NCBI RefSeq assembly: GCF_018977255.1
Contig: NW_024704743.1
Span: 75,394,001-75,458,000, forward strand
Length of the DNA: 64,000 bases
Source: Callorhinchus milii
Lineage: Eukaryota
Reading direction: 5' to 3'
In this document: positions 12,684 through 26,923 of the stretch, one piece after another
Layout: each line of letters starts with the position of its first letter
Numbering within the stretch: the stretch's first letter is position 1
Program-made: the position numbers and the translations under genes
Notes under the pieces: model-generated
Databases searched by the model: none
Told to the model about the DNA's origin: nothing
What the model saw: the letters and a program-made list of their open reading frames with translations, nothing else

Positions 12684-12941
12684 GTGAGTGTGTGTGTGTT
12701 TACCTGTTGTGTGTGTGTGTGGGGGGGGGGGGGGGGGGGGGGGGGGGGAGGGTGGTGCAGGTGTGTCACTGAGCGCTTGTCAGTGTGCAACCATCCCAGG
12801 CTGCTGTAGGTGCAGCGCCACCCCCTGGGAACACCTGATCCCCGGGGACTTGTACATCCCAGAGGCAAAGGGAACCCAGGAATACTCACTGCACCACCAC
12901 CTCCTTGTGGGGTGGGGTTGGGGCGGTGGGGGGGGGGGGGG
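12684..12941 (+). repeat. (GT)n plus poly-G and GGGG-cluster tracts (G-quadruplex-prone); repeated at ~19686-19952 and ~26598-26860
   Basis: G28 at 12721-12748; GGGGTGGGGTTGGGGCGGTG followed by a long G run at ~12909-12941. Confidence 0.85.
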
Positions 12942-13004
12942 ACGTGCCAGCTCTCTGTGGTGGTCTCGATAGTTCGGTCCCAGTTCCAGACGGGTCCGCA
13001 GTCC

Positions 13005-16000
13005 CAACTGTGGGAAGGATTTTTTTTTGGGGGGTGGAAATAATTTTGCCACCGACCGAAAAGAGGACGTTGTCCCCCAAAGTTCATTGCCAGGTTTCAC
13101 AAGCGCACAATCCTCACCTGTGCAGAGCGGCACCTCACACAGTGTCAGCCCGTGAGGGACTTCTGTCTTCAAATTTCTGATCGGACAGAATTGTGGAGAA
13201 TTCATCAATTCCATCGTTTGCACGAACTTAAATCTTAAATCGTGGTGACGGAGAGATATTAAGTGTATATATACTTAAACGCAGGGAAAGCCGTGTGCAC
13301 GATGGGTTGGAAGCCACTGATCTAACAGTCTACCTGTCAGGGCTATGTGCTGTTGAGCTGCTCAGTTGCAGAGAGAGAGAGAGAGAGAGACGCTGCAAAA
13401 TAACCATCTGCATAAAACCGTGACTTGCAACAACCGAGGCAGCGATTAGCAATAAGTACATGGATTTCACCCATCACATATCGCTTGAAAAAATGAAGCA
13501 AATCCTGGTCACCAAAAAACAACACCTGAAAAGTTACTGATCGCTCAATCCGATCGTTTATATTTGCTTTCATTTGGGTATAAATTATATTACAACCCAC
13601 TTTCGTTTTACACATTTGCGCCGTGGAAGCTGTCAGTGTTTTGCAGTATTTAAATGGTGGTTTGACGGGATCATTTAACACCAATCAAATAATTATTAGG
13701 AATGCAATCCCACCGGTTAGTATGGATGAAATCGCCACTGTTATATCCCATTGGTTATTAAATTACAAGATGGGTTTGGGAATAAACATAATAAGCGGAA
13801 TGTACTGAGGAGATCACACAGAGGGCGAGGTACAGAAACCTGCCCGGAAACACCCGTCACTTCTTCCATACAAATGTAGCAGTTTCTTGGGTCCCATCAA
13901 TCCATATCATTGATCCATAATCCGTACCTGTGCTGGAAGGAGATTCCCCCGTTGTGAAAACTACTTCTTATCTTGTTCTACTGGTTTCGGTGTCCAAACA
14001 ATTCCTGGCACCGAAACTATGTGCAATATACAAATGAAGGAAGGCACAATTAAACATAGGTTTTGATTTAATCATTCGCACTTCATTGCTCGGTGTAGAA
14101 TACAATCTCCAGAGAGATCTGGAGACTTATGATCCGTGGAGATTGATGATCGGGTGAGTCTTACAAGACAGTGAATTTACACGCAGTATTATCCCACAAA
14201 TAGCCATGGAATGGAATTATTAAGTGAATCGCTCTGTTTGGAAAATTGTTGGTCAGGCCACTGGGAGAAAATCTCCTAATTTTTCAATGAAGTGCCATAA
14301 GATCTATAAACTCAGCGAATGCAACCATATTTTGTAAGCTAAATTCGGTTAAAATAAAATAATTGAACTCACCACAATCCCTGATGCTGGCAGTGCTGGT
14401 GAAGCTTGTTGGATTAATGGCTGTATTTCTCTGATGAATGTGCCTGTTTTACAATGTTATTATTTTTGCTCAGTTTGTTGCTGAAGTCAATGTGGACACA
14501 ATACCTTATCCGGGATCTGTCCTTGGAAATCGGGGATGTATGGCCACAGTACGAATAAGGTCCATCTGAACAGGTCGATGGGACCTCTGTTTTATGCCAT
14601 TGATATTATCCCAAGGATTTGCTAAGCACTTTTATTGACCACACCATACCATGAAAACTAGCTTGAAGTATGGTTAAAATAGATGGTAGATGTGTAATTT
14701 GTCATGATCAGAAGTGGTAGTAACACTTAAAAAAAGCTAAGAGGTGAGTGACGAGCTATAGTCATAGAACATAAAATATACCCCCACTAGTGAAGCTTTC
14801 CAGATTCAAACACATTGTTCCACAAAATTAATTTAATCTACTCAATTTAACATTTTCCCTACAAAGTATGCAGTCACTCAGTGCATCACGTGAAGCGCTT
14901 TGATATGTCATCCCAATGTTTAGGGGCTATATCTAATGTAAAGATTGTTATTGTGGGATTATTATTTGCCAGAAGGTCAAAATGAACAAATTAATATTTT
15001 TCTTAATACTAAAGCTAGTTGTTATCACATTGAAGATGCAGTGATATTTGAGCCTGTTGTATGGGCAGCAAGAAGAAACCAATGCACAAATAGGATGCCA
15101 AAGAGAGGTGTCTTATGAAGAAGATTATTCCTAAATTGTACTGAAACCAAGAACATCTAAAGGCAAAAACAATTTACATTTATTTATCACCCTTTATGCA
15201 GGACAGAGATGAAGCACAATTTTGATGTCCATACACCCAGATATTGTGAATCATAAAACAAAACTAAGATAGTGGGGTTATAGCAAAACAAAAGCATTTT
15301 CAATCCTAATGTTCAGTGTTTAACAATAAGGTCTTCAAAGCCTTCCCATTCTGATATGACCCCAAATGACACAACTCTCAACTGACAGGTTAGAGTGGTT
15401 TATGCTAATTGTACAGTGCAGATATTTATCCCTTTTCACTGCTGGCCTTTACATGTGCTACCTGTAATGGGAAATTAGTTTTTCCAATGAATTAAATGAG
15501 CATTTTATCCCCTAAGCAAACCAATGACATCTACTCTGTGTGACCACTTCGTATTTGGGAGAACATAATCTTTCCTTTCCTCTATGTTTGGTCATAAATG
15601 AGACATAATTCACCAATCTGGATATATCCACTGTATCCCCAGTGAAAAAATATTCCCTTTTCCTGACCGTGCTCTAACATCATCGCACCTTCAACGACAC
15701 CACAAAACATATAAACTAGCTACAGTATTTAAAAAATACGAATGTGTTCATCTTGCACCTTCTGATAAAGTAGATTAATAATTATCATATGTTAAATGCC
15801 TGCTTATAGTTCACTCTTTTGGATTGCTTTTACTTTTCTCCTGAGATTGAAAGTCACTCTCTCTGGTAAATATATATAATATATATATGCGTATATGTAT
15901 GTGTGTGTGTGCATACATGTGTGTGAGTGCGAGTGTATGTGGCAGATATCAAGTGTGTTAATAAACAATTGATTAGCTAGACACTTGCACTTTATCAACT

Positions 16001-18451
16001 TAAATCTGAACCTTTCCAAATGGTACTGCTTTGAAACACATTGCTAAGCAATATTTATAAAGGATACAAATTAAAATATTTATCAACTGAAAAACTATGA
16101 AAACTTTGGAAGCCATATAAGAGCTGAGAAATTGAATTGAAAGCTATAAATAAGAAGCTAACAGAAGGAATTTTACAGAATATGTAATGATTTAAATGAT
16201 TAGATATTACAAAAAGGGTAAAATCTGCGGTGTTTTGGAAGGAAAGCATTTTGAAACGCTGAAGGTTTTGCCACATCATCTGTCACTGCTTAATATTGTC
16301 CCTGTATCAGGACTGAACTCACAATGCAGTGTAATATTCCACTGAAGGGGTGTTGCAATGTTGGAGATGCCTTCCTTTAATAATAATAATAATCCTTGCA
16401 TTTGATATAGCGCTTTTCACATCTTCTAGATGTCTCAAAGCACTTCACAAAATATGCTGTAAAGTGAATTGACTGTATATTTGTGGTCGAAACGCAGCAG
16501 CCAATTGCACACAGCAGTGTCCCACAAACAGTCGTGGATTGAAAATGACCAATTTATTATTGTTTTGTTTTTTGGAGGGAATATTATTAGGCTTTAGATG
16601 TGACATTAAATCAGGGACCCGTCTGCCTGTTCAGGTGAATATTACAATTCCAATAGCACTATTCAAGAAGAGAAGGGAGTTTTTCCCACTATCCTGGACA
16701 ACAATCATGCATAAAATTGATCATTAACTTCGTGGCTGTTTGTGCGACATTGTTGTGTGAAAATTGGTTGTCACATTCACCTACAAAATACATAGAAAAT
16801 GTTGTGAAGTGCTTTGGGACCCTTTAATGTGATAAGGTATTATACCAAATACAAGGCTTATTATTATACTTTATTTTATTTCTAGCTCACGTTTAATGTT
16901 TCAAAGTTTAATTTCTAAACAATGTATTTATTTTAATAACTAAGTGTAGAAATACAAAACGAATCGTATATGTACATAGACCACAATCGAAGCACAGGAA
17001 TAAATGCCTTTCATTTTACTAGCCTCCACCAAGCTTCCAAAGAGAGCAATATCTATATTAATTTAGGATTAAAAATAAAGGCTGCTTTTAGAATAGAATA
17101 AAATTAAAAAAAAACACGTCCACAGGAAAATTCAATTTCCTACTGAAGTAAGTGGATTTATTGTTACCAAATCGGAAACAGGTGAGACCAGAGTTGACCA
17201 ATGTTGCCCAAAAAACTATTTTCCCAAAATAAAATCAATAATAAAATAAAATCAATGCAGATTTCAGACATGGTTTTAATAAGCAAAATGTCACCTATAA
17301 TTAGATAACACACTCTCAGTATCCAAGTATACAAGTCTAGTTTTATACTTTATACTTTGAATTTAATAAGTGAAACTGTTTTGTACTTTGTTCAATGAAA
17401 CTGAATTTGCAACTTCTAGAAACACACGAAACGGTGAATTATTAAGAAAAGCACAACGCTAACCATCAAATCTGAGCGATCCAAATAATTTTATTTACAA
17501 TATATGAGTACTTGGCTGCTGTGTAACAACCCATTATTTAGAAATTGACCACATTTCTTCAACGTTACAGTTCGTGATAGATTGAAATCATGCAACAGCC
17601 TGATTTACACTATTACAAGTCCTCTCCCCTGGTTTACCACCGGTTCAACAATTGTGATTCTTTTTTTTAAGCAAAGTAATTTTTGAAAGTGATCCGTGAA
17701 GCATATGCGAAAAATATTAGTCTTCAGATATAAGCCGGGTTTTCAGATTGCTGTGCTCTTGCAGAATTTAAGACTAAAGACTAACGCGGCGTTGACACAA
17801 TTCCACACTTTGTAAACAGTTCATCTGTATTAAAGCCATCAGAGATTCAGTCAAATATCGTTTCACATTTGTTCCACTTTCTAGTATTTGACATAAATGG
17901 AAATAGAGCGGGGAAACGTAAGGGAATTGTCGATACATATGCATATTCGTTTTGAGATGTCTGGAAGATGCGATAAGGTGTTGTATGTATCAAATACAAG
18001 GATTATATTAGTATTATTAAGTAGTGAAAGCCTCAGAACTCGGCGCCGGTGTAAATACATCAAATCACCCAGAATACGCCATGTGTTGCAGCTGAACAAG
18101 AATCAGAATTTCACATTACTGAGCGTTTCCTTTTAAACATATTACAAATGCGTCTTTAACATGACACACAGGAACAGTGTCACACTTTAGGAACAGGTTA
18201 TATCCCCCTTTCACACCCAACTTCCCAAACAGAGCTATTAGCCCAGGATAAATAAAACACGGGCTTCATCCGGAAATTAGAGACGCGTTTTTTACAATAA
18301 ACAAATTCAAGGAAAACTTTTTTTTTGTTCTAAGGTTATTGAGACATTTAGAAAATAGTTTATTCTGCTAAATTTCCCTTCTGAAATCACGCCAGTAGTC
18401 AATTCGGCTTATCAGTCAACGACATGATAAGGCGCTCTATCAAATGCAAGG

Positions 18452-18517
<66 letters not shown>

Positions 18518-18541
18518 TTATTATTATTATTATTATTATTA

Positions 18542-18586
<45 letters not shown>

Positions 18587-19715
18587 CATTATTGGAACCT
18601 TGAGGGAAAAATATTTCCTAAGGTGCCTTTTGTGTGTTTGGAAGCTCATGTAAATCAGAAGACTTCCAGTCACTGGAGAGAAAGATAATAAATAAACGTG
18701 TTGCAGTATTCAGCGACAAACCTGGACTGTGTAACATTGAGGCTGGAGGCGATGCTCTATACACTACACTCTGAACTCTGCCCGTGAATAAGTATCGTCA
18801 ACTGAGATAACCCTTCACATTGCCTCTCCCCTCCGCCACCCGCACAGACACAAGTCTTCGGTCGTTGCAAGGCGAGGAAGCAGATATCTGTCACCTCCTG
18901 AAAGCCAGGAGACCCCCCCAGTCTGTGAGGAAGGGGACCTCTGTACAGATACAGCACACATATTTGTGATGGCGTTAAAGTCCAGCAGACTCCGAGCGTC
19001 TCTCTTCACCAACGTCCCTTATCAGGACTGTTCACGGCCAGTCTCCAAATGCACATTTATTGCTGTGTTTGACCATTGCATTAGAACTCAATATCCATGT
19101 ACAACGTGCAGCATAACGTGGGGAGTGGGAGGAGTGGGGGTTAATCTCCTATCCTTTCCCCAGCCCAAAGTTTGACAATGCCACCAATAAGCTGCATTTA
19201 AACAGATCACACGTATCACACGAATTAACCCCAGTTGGGTCTATTTTTCGTAATATTTTGGTTCAGAGACTGCGATTCTCAAAGGGAGCGGATATTTTAG
19301 TGGTGGAAAGCAGTGGGAAAACAAGATCAACTGATGATGCACAAAGCACCTCGCTGTGGTCTGGGAAGGACGTGTGGAGAGATGCTGAGAGTTTATTGAA
19401 CTTTAAACCGATCAAACAACTTCATTGATATATGAACTGAGGTCCCCACCTTCTCACAGACTGACCGGTTCTTCCGATCATAAGAGGTGGAAGGTCTCTG
19501 CTTCCTGCGGCACTTTATATGCTGATGTTTGCAACATTACCTGTCACAGTCCGTATTTATTTCTGCCCTGAAAAGCAATGGCCAAGTCAACATTGATGAT
19601 CGATACATTCGCTAAACTCACCTGAATCTGTGCTGTCAGTGGCGCTGCCCCTCGGGATGAAACCTCTTCTCACTTCCTTCTTGGGCGTGTGAGTGTGTGT
19701 GTGTTTACCTGTTGT

Positions 19716-19746
<31 letters not shown>

Positions 19747-20015
19747 GGGGGGAGGGTGGTGCAGGTGTGTCACTGAGCGCTTGTCAGTGTGCAACCATCC
19801 CAGGCTGCTGTAGGTGCAGCGCCACCCCCTGGGAACACCTGATCCCCGGGGACTTGTACATCCCAGAGGCAAAGGGAACCCAGGAATACTCACTGCACCA
19901 CCACCTCCTTGTGGGGTGGGGTTGGGGCGGTGGTGGGGGGTGGGGGGGGGGGACGTGCCAGCTCTCTGTGGTGGTCTCGATAGTTCGGTCCCAGTTCCAG
20001 ACGGGTCCGCAGTCC
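13005..20015. repeat. Tandem segmental repeat copy 2 (7011 bp; expanded ATT microsatellite)
   Basis: Near-identical to copy 1, with scattered SNPs, a 7-bp extra GGAGACT at 14121-14127 and a longer (ATT)n. Confidence 0.97.
18452..18593. repeat. (ATT)n microsatellite grown from a SINE tail; shorter homologues at 11550-11588 and 25458-25504
   Basis: Follows ...AAATGCAAGG; read directly. Confidence 0.97.
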
Positions 20016-23000
20016 CAACTGTGGGAAGGATTTTTTTTTGGGGGGTGGAAATAATTTTGCCACCGACCGAAAAGAGGACGTTGTCCCCCAAAGTTCATTG
20101 CCAGGTTTCACAAGCGCACAATCCTCACCTGTGCAGAGCGGCACCTCACACAGTGTCAGCCCGTGAGGGACTTCTGTCTTCAAATTTCTGATCGGACAGA
20201 ATTGTGGAGAATTCATCAATTCCATCGTTTGCACGAACTTAAATCTTAAATCGTGGTGACGGAGAGATATTAAGTGTATATATACTTAAACGCAGGGAAA
20301 GCCGTGTGCACGATGGGTTGGAAGCCACTGATCTAACAGTCTACCTGTCAGGGCTATGTGCTGTTGAGCTGCTCAGTTGCAGAGAGAGAGAGAGAGAGAG
20401 ACGCTGCAAAATAACCATCTGCATAAAACCGTGACTTGCAACAACCGAGGCAGCGATTAGCAATAAGTACATGGATTTCACCCATCATATATCGCTTGAA
20501 AAAATGAAGCAAATCCTGGTCACCAAAAAACAACACCTGAAAAGTTACTGATCGCTCAATCCGATCGTTTATATTTGCTTTCATTTGGGTATAAATTATA
20601 TTACAACCCACTTTCGTTTTACACATTTGCGCCGTGGAAGCTGTCAGTGTTTTGCAGTATTTAAATGGTGGTTTGACGGGATCATTTAACACCAATCAAA
20701 CAATTTTTAGGAATGCAATCCCACCGGTTAGTATGGATGAAATCGCCACTGTTATATCCCATTGGTTATTAAATTACAAGATGGGTTTGGGAATAAACAT
20801 AATAAGCGGAATGTACTGAGGAGATCACACAGAGGGCGAGGTACAGAAACCTGCCCGGAAACACCCGTCACTTCTTCCATACAAATGTAGCAGTTTCTTG
20901 GGTCCCATCAATCCATATCATTGATCCATAATCCGTACCTGTGCTGGAAGGAGATTCCCCCGTTGTGAAAACTACTTCTTATCTTGTTCTACTGGTTTCG
21001 GTGTCCAAACAATTCCTGGCACCGAAACTATGTGCAATATACAAATGAAGGAAGGCGCAATTAAACATAGGTTTTGATTTAATCATTCGCACTTCATTGC
21101 TCGGTGTAGAATACAATCTCCAGAGAGATCTTATGATCTGTGGAGATTGATGATCGGGTGAGTCTTACAAGACAGTGAATTTACACGCAGTATTATCCCA
21201 CAAATAGCCATGGAATGGAATTATTAAGTGAATCGCTCTGTTTGGAAAATTGTTGGTCAGGCCACTGGGAGAAAATCTCCTAATTTTTCAATGAAGTGCC
21301 ATAAGATCTATAAACTCAGCGAATGCAACCATATTTTGTAAGCTAAATTCGGTTAAAATAAAATAATTGAACTCACCACAATCCCTGATGCTGGCAGTGC
21401 TGGTGAAGCTTGTTGGATTAATGGCTGTATTTCTCTGATGAATGTGCCTGTTTTACAATGTTATTATTTTTGCTCAGTTTGTTTCTGAAGTCAATGTGGA
21501 CACAATACCTTATCCGGGATCTGTCCTTGGAAATCGGGGATGTATGGCCACAGTACGAATAAGGTCCATCTGAACAGGTCGATGGGACCTCTGTTTTATG
21601 CCATTGATATTATCCCAAGGATTTGCTAAGCACTTTTATTGACCACACCATACCATGAAAACTAGCTTGAAGTATGGTTAAAATAGATGGTAGATGTGTA
21701 ATTTGTCATGATCAGAAGTGGTAGTAACACTTAAAAAAAGCTAAGAGGTGAGTGACGAGCTATAGTCATAGAACATAAAATATACCCCCACTAGTGAAGC
21801 TTTCCAGATTCAAACACATTGTTCCACAAAATTAATTTAATCTACTCAATTTAACATTTTCCCTACAAAGTATGCAGTCACTCAGTGCATCACGTGAAGC
21901 GCTTTGATATGTCATCCCAATGTTTAGGGGCTATATCTAATGTAAAGATTATTATTGTGGGATTATTATTTGCCAGAAGGTCAAAATGAACAAATTAATA
22001 TTTTTCTTAATACTAAAGCTAGTTGTTATCACATTGAAGATGCAGTGATATTTGAGCCTGTTGTATGGGCAGCAAGAAGAAACCAATGCACAAATAGGAT
22101 GCCAAAGAGAGGTGTCTTATGAAGAAGATTATTCCTAAATTGTACTGAAACCAAGAACATCCAAAGGCAAAAACAATTTACATTTATTTATCACCCTTTA
22201 TGCAGGACAGAGATGAAGCACAATTTTGATGTCCATACACCCAGATATTGTGAATCATAAAACAAAACTAAGATAGTGGGGTTATAGCAAAACAAAAGCA
22301 TTTTCAATCCTAATGTTCAGTGTTTAACAATAAGGTCTTCAAAGCCTTCCCATTCTGATATGACCCCAAATGACACAACTCTCAACTGACAGGTTAGAGT
22401 GGTTTATGCTAATTGTACAGTGCAGATATTTATCCTTTTTCACTGCTGGCCTTTACATGTGCTACCTGTAATGGGAAATTAGTTTTTCCAATGAATTAAA
22501 TGAGCATTTTATCCCCTAAGCAAACCAATGACATCTACTCTGTGTGACCACTTCGTATTTGGGAGAACATAATCTTTCCTTTCCTCTATGTTTGGTCATA
22601 AATGAGACATAATTCACCAATCTGGATATATCCACTGTATCCCCAGTGAAAAAATATTCCCTTTTCCTGACCGTGCTCTAACATCATCGCACCTTCAACG
22701 ACACCACAAAACATATAAACTAGCTACAGTATTTAAAAAATACGAATGTGTTCATCTTGCACCTTCTGATAAAGTAGATTAATAATTATCATATGTTAAA
22801 TGCCTGCTTATAGTTCACTCTTTTGGATTGCTTTTACTTTTCTCCTGAGATTGAAAGTCACTCTCTCTGGTAAATATATATAATATATATATGCGTATAT
22901 GTATGTGTGTGTGTGCATACATGTGTGTGAGTGCGAGTGTATGTGGCAGATATCAAGTGTGTTAATAAACAATTGATTAGCTAGACACTTGCACTTTATC

Positions 23001-26000
23001 AACTTAAATCTGAACCTTTCCAAATGGTACTGCTTTGAAACACATTGCTAAGCAATATTTATAAAGGATACAAATTAAAATATTTATCAACTGAAAAACT
23101 ATGAAAACTTTGGAAGCCATATAAGAGCTGAGAAATTGAATTGAAAGCTATAAATAAGAAGCTAACAGAAGGAATTTTACAGAATATGTAATGATTTAAA
23201 TGATTAGATATTACAAAAAGGGTAAAATCTGCGGTGTTTTGGAAGGAAAGCATTTTGAAACGCTGAAGGTTTTGCCACATCATCTGTCACTGCTTAATAT
23301 TGTCCCTGTATCAGGACTGAACTCACAATGCAGTGTAATATTCCACTGAAGGGGTGTTGCAATGTTGGAGATGCCTTCCTTTAATAATAATAATAATAAT
23401 CCTTGCATTTGATATAGCGCTTTTCACATCTTCTAGATGTCTCAAAGCACTTCACAAAATATGCTGTAAAGTGAATTGACTGTATATTTGTGGTCGAAAC
23501 GCAGCAGCCAATTGCACACAGCAGTGTCCCACAAACAGTCGTGGATTGAAAATGACCAATTTATTATTGTTTTGTTTTTTGGAGGGACTATTATTAGGCT
23601 TTAGATGTGACATTAAATCAGGGACCCGTCTGCCTGTTCAGGTGAATATTACAATTCCAATAGCACTATTCAAGAAGAGAAGGGAGTTTTTCCCACTATC
23701 CTGGACAACAATCATGCATAAAATTGATCATTAACTTCGTGGCTGTTTGTGCGACATTGTTGTGTGAAAATTGGTTGTCACATTCACCTACAAAATACAT
23801 AGAAAATGTTGTGAAGTGCTTTGGGACCCTTTAATGTGATAAGGTATTATACCAAATACAAGGCTTATTATTATACTTTATTTTATTTCTAGCTCACGTT
23901 TAATGTTTCAAAGTTTAATTTCTAAACAATGTATTTATTTTAATAACTAAGTGTAGAAATACAAAACGAATCGTATATGTACATAGACCACAATCGAAGC
24001 ACAGGAATAAATGCCTTTCATTTTACTAGCCTCCACCAAGCTTCCAAAGAGAGCAATATCTATATTAATTTAGGATTAAAAATAAAGGCTGCTTTTAGAA
24101 TAGAATAAAATTAAAAAAAAACACGTCCACAGGAAAATTCAATTTCCTACTGAAGTAAGTGGATTTATTGTTACCAAATCGGAAACAGGTGAGACCAGAG
24201 TTGACCAATGTTGCCCAAAAAACTATTTTCCCAAAATAAAATCAATAATAAAATAAAATCAATGCAGATTTCAGACATGGTTTTAATAAGCAAAATGTCA
24301 CCTATAATTAGATAACACACTCTCAGTGTCCAAGTATACAAGTCTAGTTTTATACTTTATACTTTGAATTTAATAAGTGAAACTGTTTTGTACTTTGTTC
24401 AATGAAACTGAAACTGCAACTTCTAGAAACACACGAAACGGTGAATTATTAAGAAAAGCACAACGCTAACCATCAAATCTGAGCGATCCAAATAATTTTA
24501 TTTACAATATATGAGTACTTGGCTGCTGTGTAACAACCCATTATTTAGAAATTGACCACATTTCTTCAACGTTACAGTTCATGATAGATTGAAATCATGC
24601 AACAGCCTGATTTACACTATTACAAGTCCTCTCCCCTGGTTTACCACCGGTTCAACAATTGTGATTTTTTTTTTAAGCAAAGTAATTTTTGAAAGTGATC
24701 CGTGAAGCATATGCGAAAAATATTAGTCTTCAGATATAAGCCGGGTTTTCAGATTGCTGTGCTCTTGCAGAATTTAAGACTAAAGACTAACGCGGCGTTG
24801 ACACAATTCCACACTTTGTAAACAGTTCATCTGTATTAAAGCCATCAGAGATTCAGTCAAATATCGTTTCACATTCGTTCCACTTTCTAGTATTTGACAT
24901 AAATGGAAATAGAGCGGGGAAACGTAAGGGAATTGTCGATACATATGCATATTCGTTTTGAGATGTCTGGAAGATGTGATAAGGTGTTGTATGTATCAAA
25001 TACAAGGATTATATTAGTATTATTAAGTAGTGAAAGCCTCAGAACTCGGCGCCGGTGTAAATACATCAAATCACCCAGAATACGCCATGTGTTGCAGCTG
25101 AACAAGAATCAGAATTTCACATTACTGAGCGTTTCCTTTTAAACATATTACAAATGCGTCTTTAACATGACACACAGGAACAGTGTCACACTTTAGGACC
25201 AGGTTATATCCCCCTTTCACACCCAACTTCCCAAACAGAGCTATTAGCCCAGGATAAATAAAACACGGGCTTCATCCGGAAATTAGAGACGCGTTTTTTA
25301 CAATAAACAAATTCAAGGAAAACTTTTTTTTTGTTCTAAGGTTATTGAGACATTTAGAAAATAGTTTATTCTGCTAAATTTCCCTTCTGAAATCACGCCA
25401 GTAGTCAATTCGGCTTATCAGTCAACGACATGATAAGGCGCTCTATCAAATGCAAGGATTATTATTATTATTATTATTATATTATTATTATTATTATCAT
25501 TATTGGAACCTTGAGGGAAAAATATTTCCTAAGGTGCCTTTTGTGTGTTTGGAAGCTCATGTAAATCAGAAGACTTCCAGTCACTGGAGAGAAAGATAAT
25601 AAATAAACGTGTTGCAGTATTCAGCGACAAACCTGGACTGTGTAACATTGAGGCTGGAGGCGATGCTCTATACACTACACTCTGAACTCTGCCCGTGAAT
25701 AAGTATCGTCAACTGAGATAACCCTTCACATTGCCTCTCCCCTCCGCCACCCGCACAGACACAAGTCTTCGGTCGTTGCAAGGCGAGGAAGCAGATATCT
25801 GTCACCTCCTGAAAGCCAGGAGACCCCCCCAGTCTGTGAGGAAGGGGACCTCTGTACAGATACAGCACACATTTGTGTGATGGCGTTAAAGTCCAGCAGA
25901 CTCCGAGCGTCTCTCTTCACCAACGTCCCTTATCAGGACTGTTCACGGCCAGTTTCCAAATGCACATTTATTGCTGTGTTTGACCATTGCATTAGAACTC

Positions 26001-26923
26001 AATATCCATGTACAACGTGCAGCATAACGTGGGGAGTGGGAGGAGTGGGGGTTAATCTCCTATCCTTTCCCCAGCCCAAAGTTTGACAATGCCACCAATA
26101 AGCTGCATTTAAACAGATCACACGTATCACACGAATTAACCCCAGTTGGGTCTATTTTTCGTAATATTTTGGTTCAGAGACTGCGATTCTCAAAGGGAGC
26201 GGATATTTTAGTGGTGGAAAGCAGTGGGAAAACAAGATCAACTGATGATGCACAAAGCACCTCGCTGTGGTCTGGGAAGGACGTGTGGAGAGATGCTGAG
26301 AGTTTATTGAACTTTAAACCGATCAAACAACTTCATTGATATATGAACTGAGGTCCCCACCTTCTCACAGACTGACCGGTTCTTCCGATCATAAGAGGTG
26401 GAAGGTCTTTGCTTCCTGCGGCACTTTATATGCTGATGTTTGCAACATTACCTGTCACAGTCCGTATTTATTTCTGCCCTGAAAAGCAATGGCCAAGTCA
26501 ACATTGATGATCGATATATTCGCTAAACTCACCTGAATCTGTGCTGTCAGTGGCGCTGCCCCTCGGGATGAAACCTCTTCTCACTTCCTTCTTGGGCGTG
26601 TGAGTGTGTGTGTGTTTACCTGTTGTGTGTGTGTGTGGGGGGGGGGGGGGGGGGGGGGGGGGGGAGGGTGGTGCAGGTGTGTCACTGAGCGCTTGCCAGT
26701 GTGCAACCATCCCAGGCTGCTGTAGGTGCAGCGCCACCCCCTGGGAACACCTGATCCCCGGGGACTTGTACATCCCAGAGGCAAAGGGAACCCAGGAATA
26801 CTCACTGCACCACCACCTCCTTGTGGGGTGGGGTTGGGGCGGTGGTGGGGTGGGGGGGGGACGTGCCAGCTCTCTGTGGTGGTCTCGATAGTTCGATCCC
26901 AGTTCCAGACGGGTCCGCAGTCC
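20016..26923. repeat. Tandem segmental repeat copy 3 (6908 bp)
   Basis: Near-identical to copies 1 and 2. Confidence 0.97.

Larger units (their letters stand above)
6111..13004. repeat. Tandem segmental repeat copy 1 (A 6111-7266 + B 7267-13004; 6894 bp)
   Basis: Begins CAACTGTGGGAAGG, which recurs at 13005, 20016 and 26924. The same spurious ORFs recur at ~6.9-7.0 kb intervals. Confidence 0.97.

Noticed and set aside
18444..18653. Poly-L/Y/I ORF
   Set aside because: Translation of the (ATT)n microsatellite.
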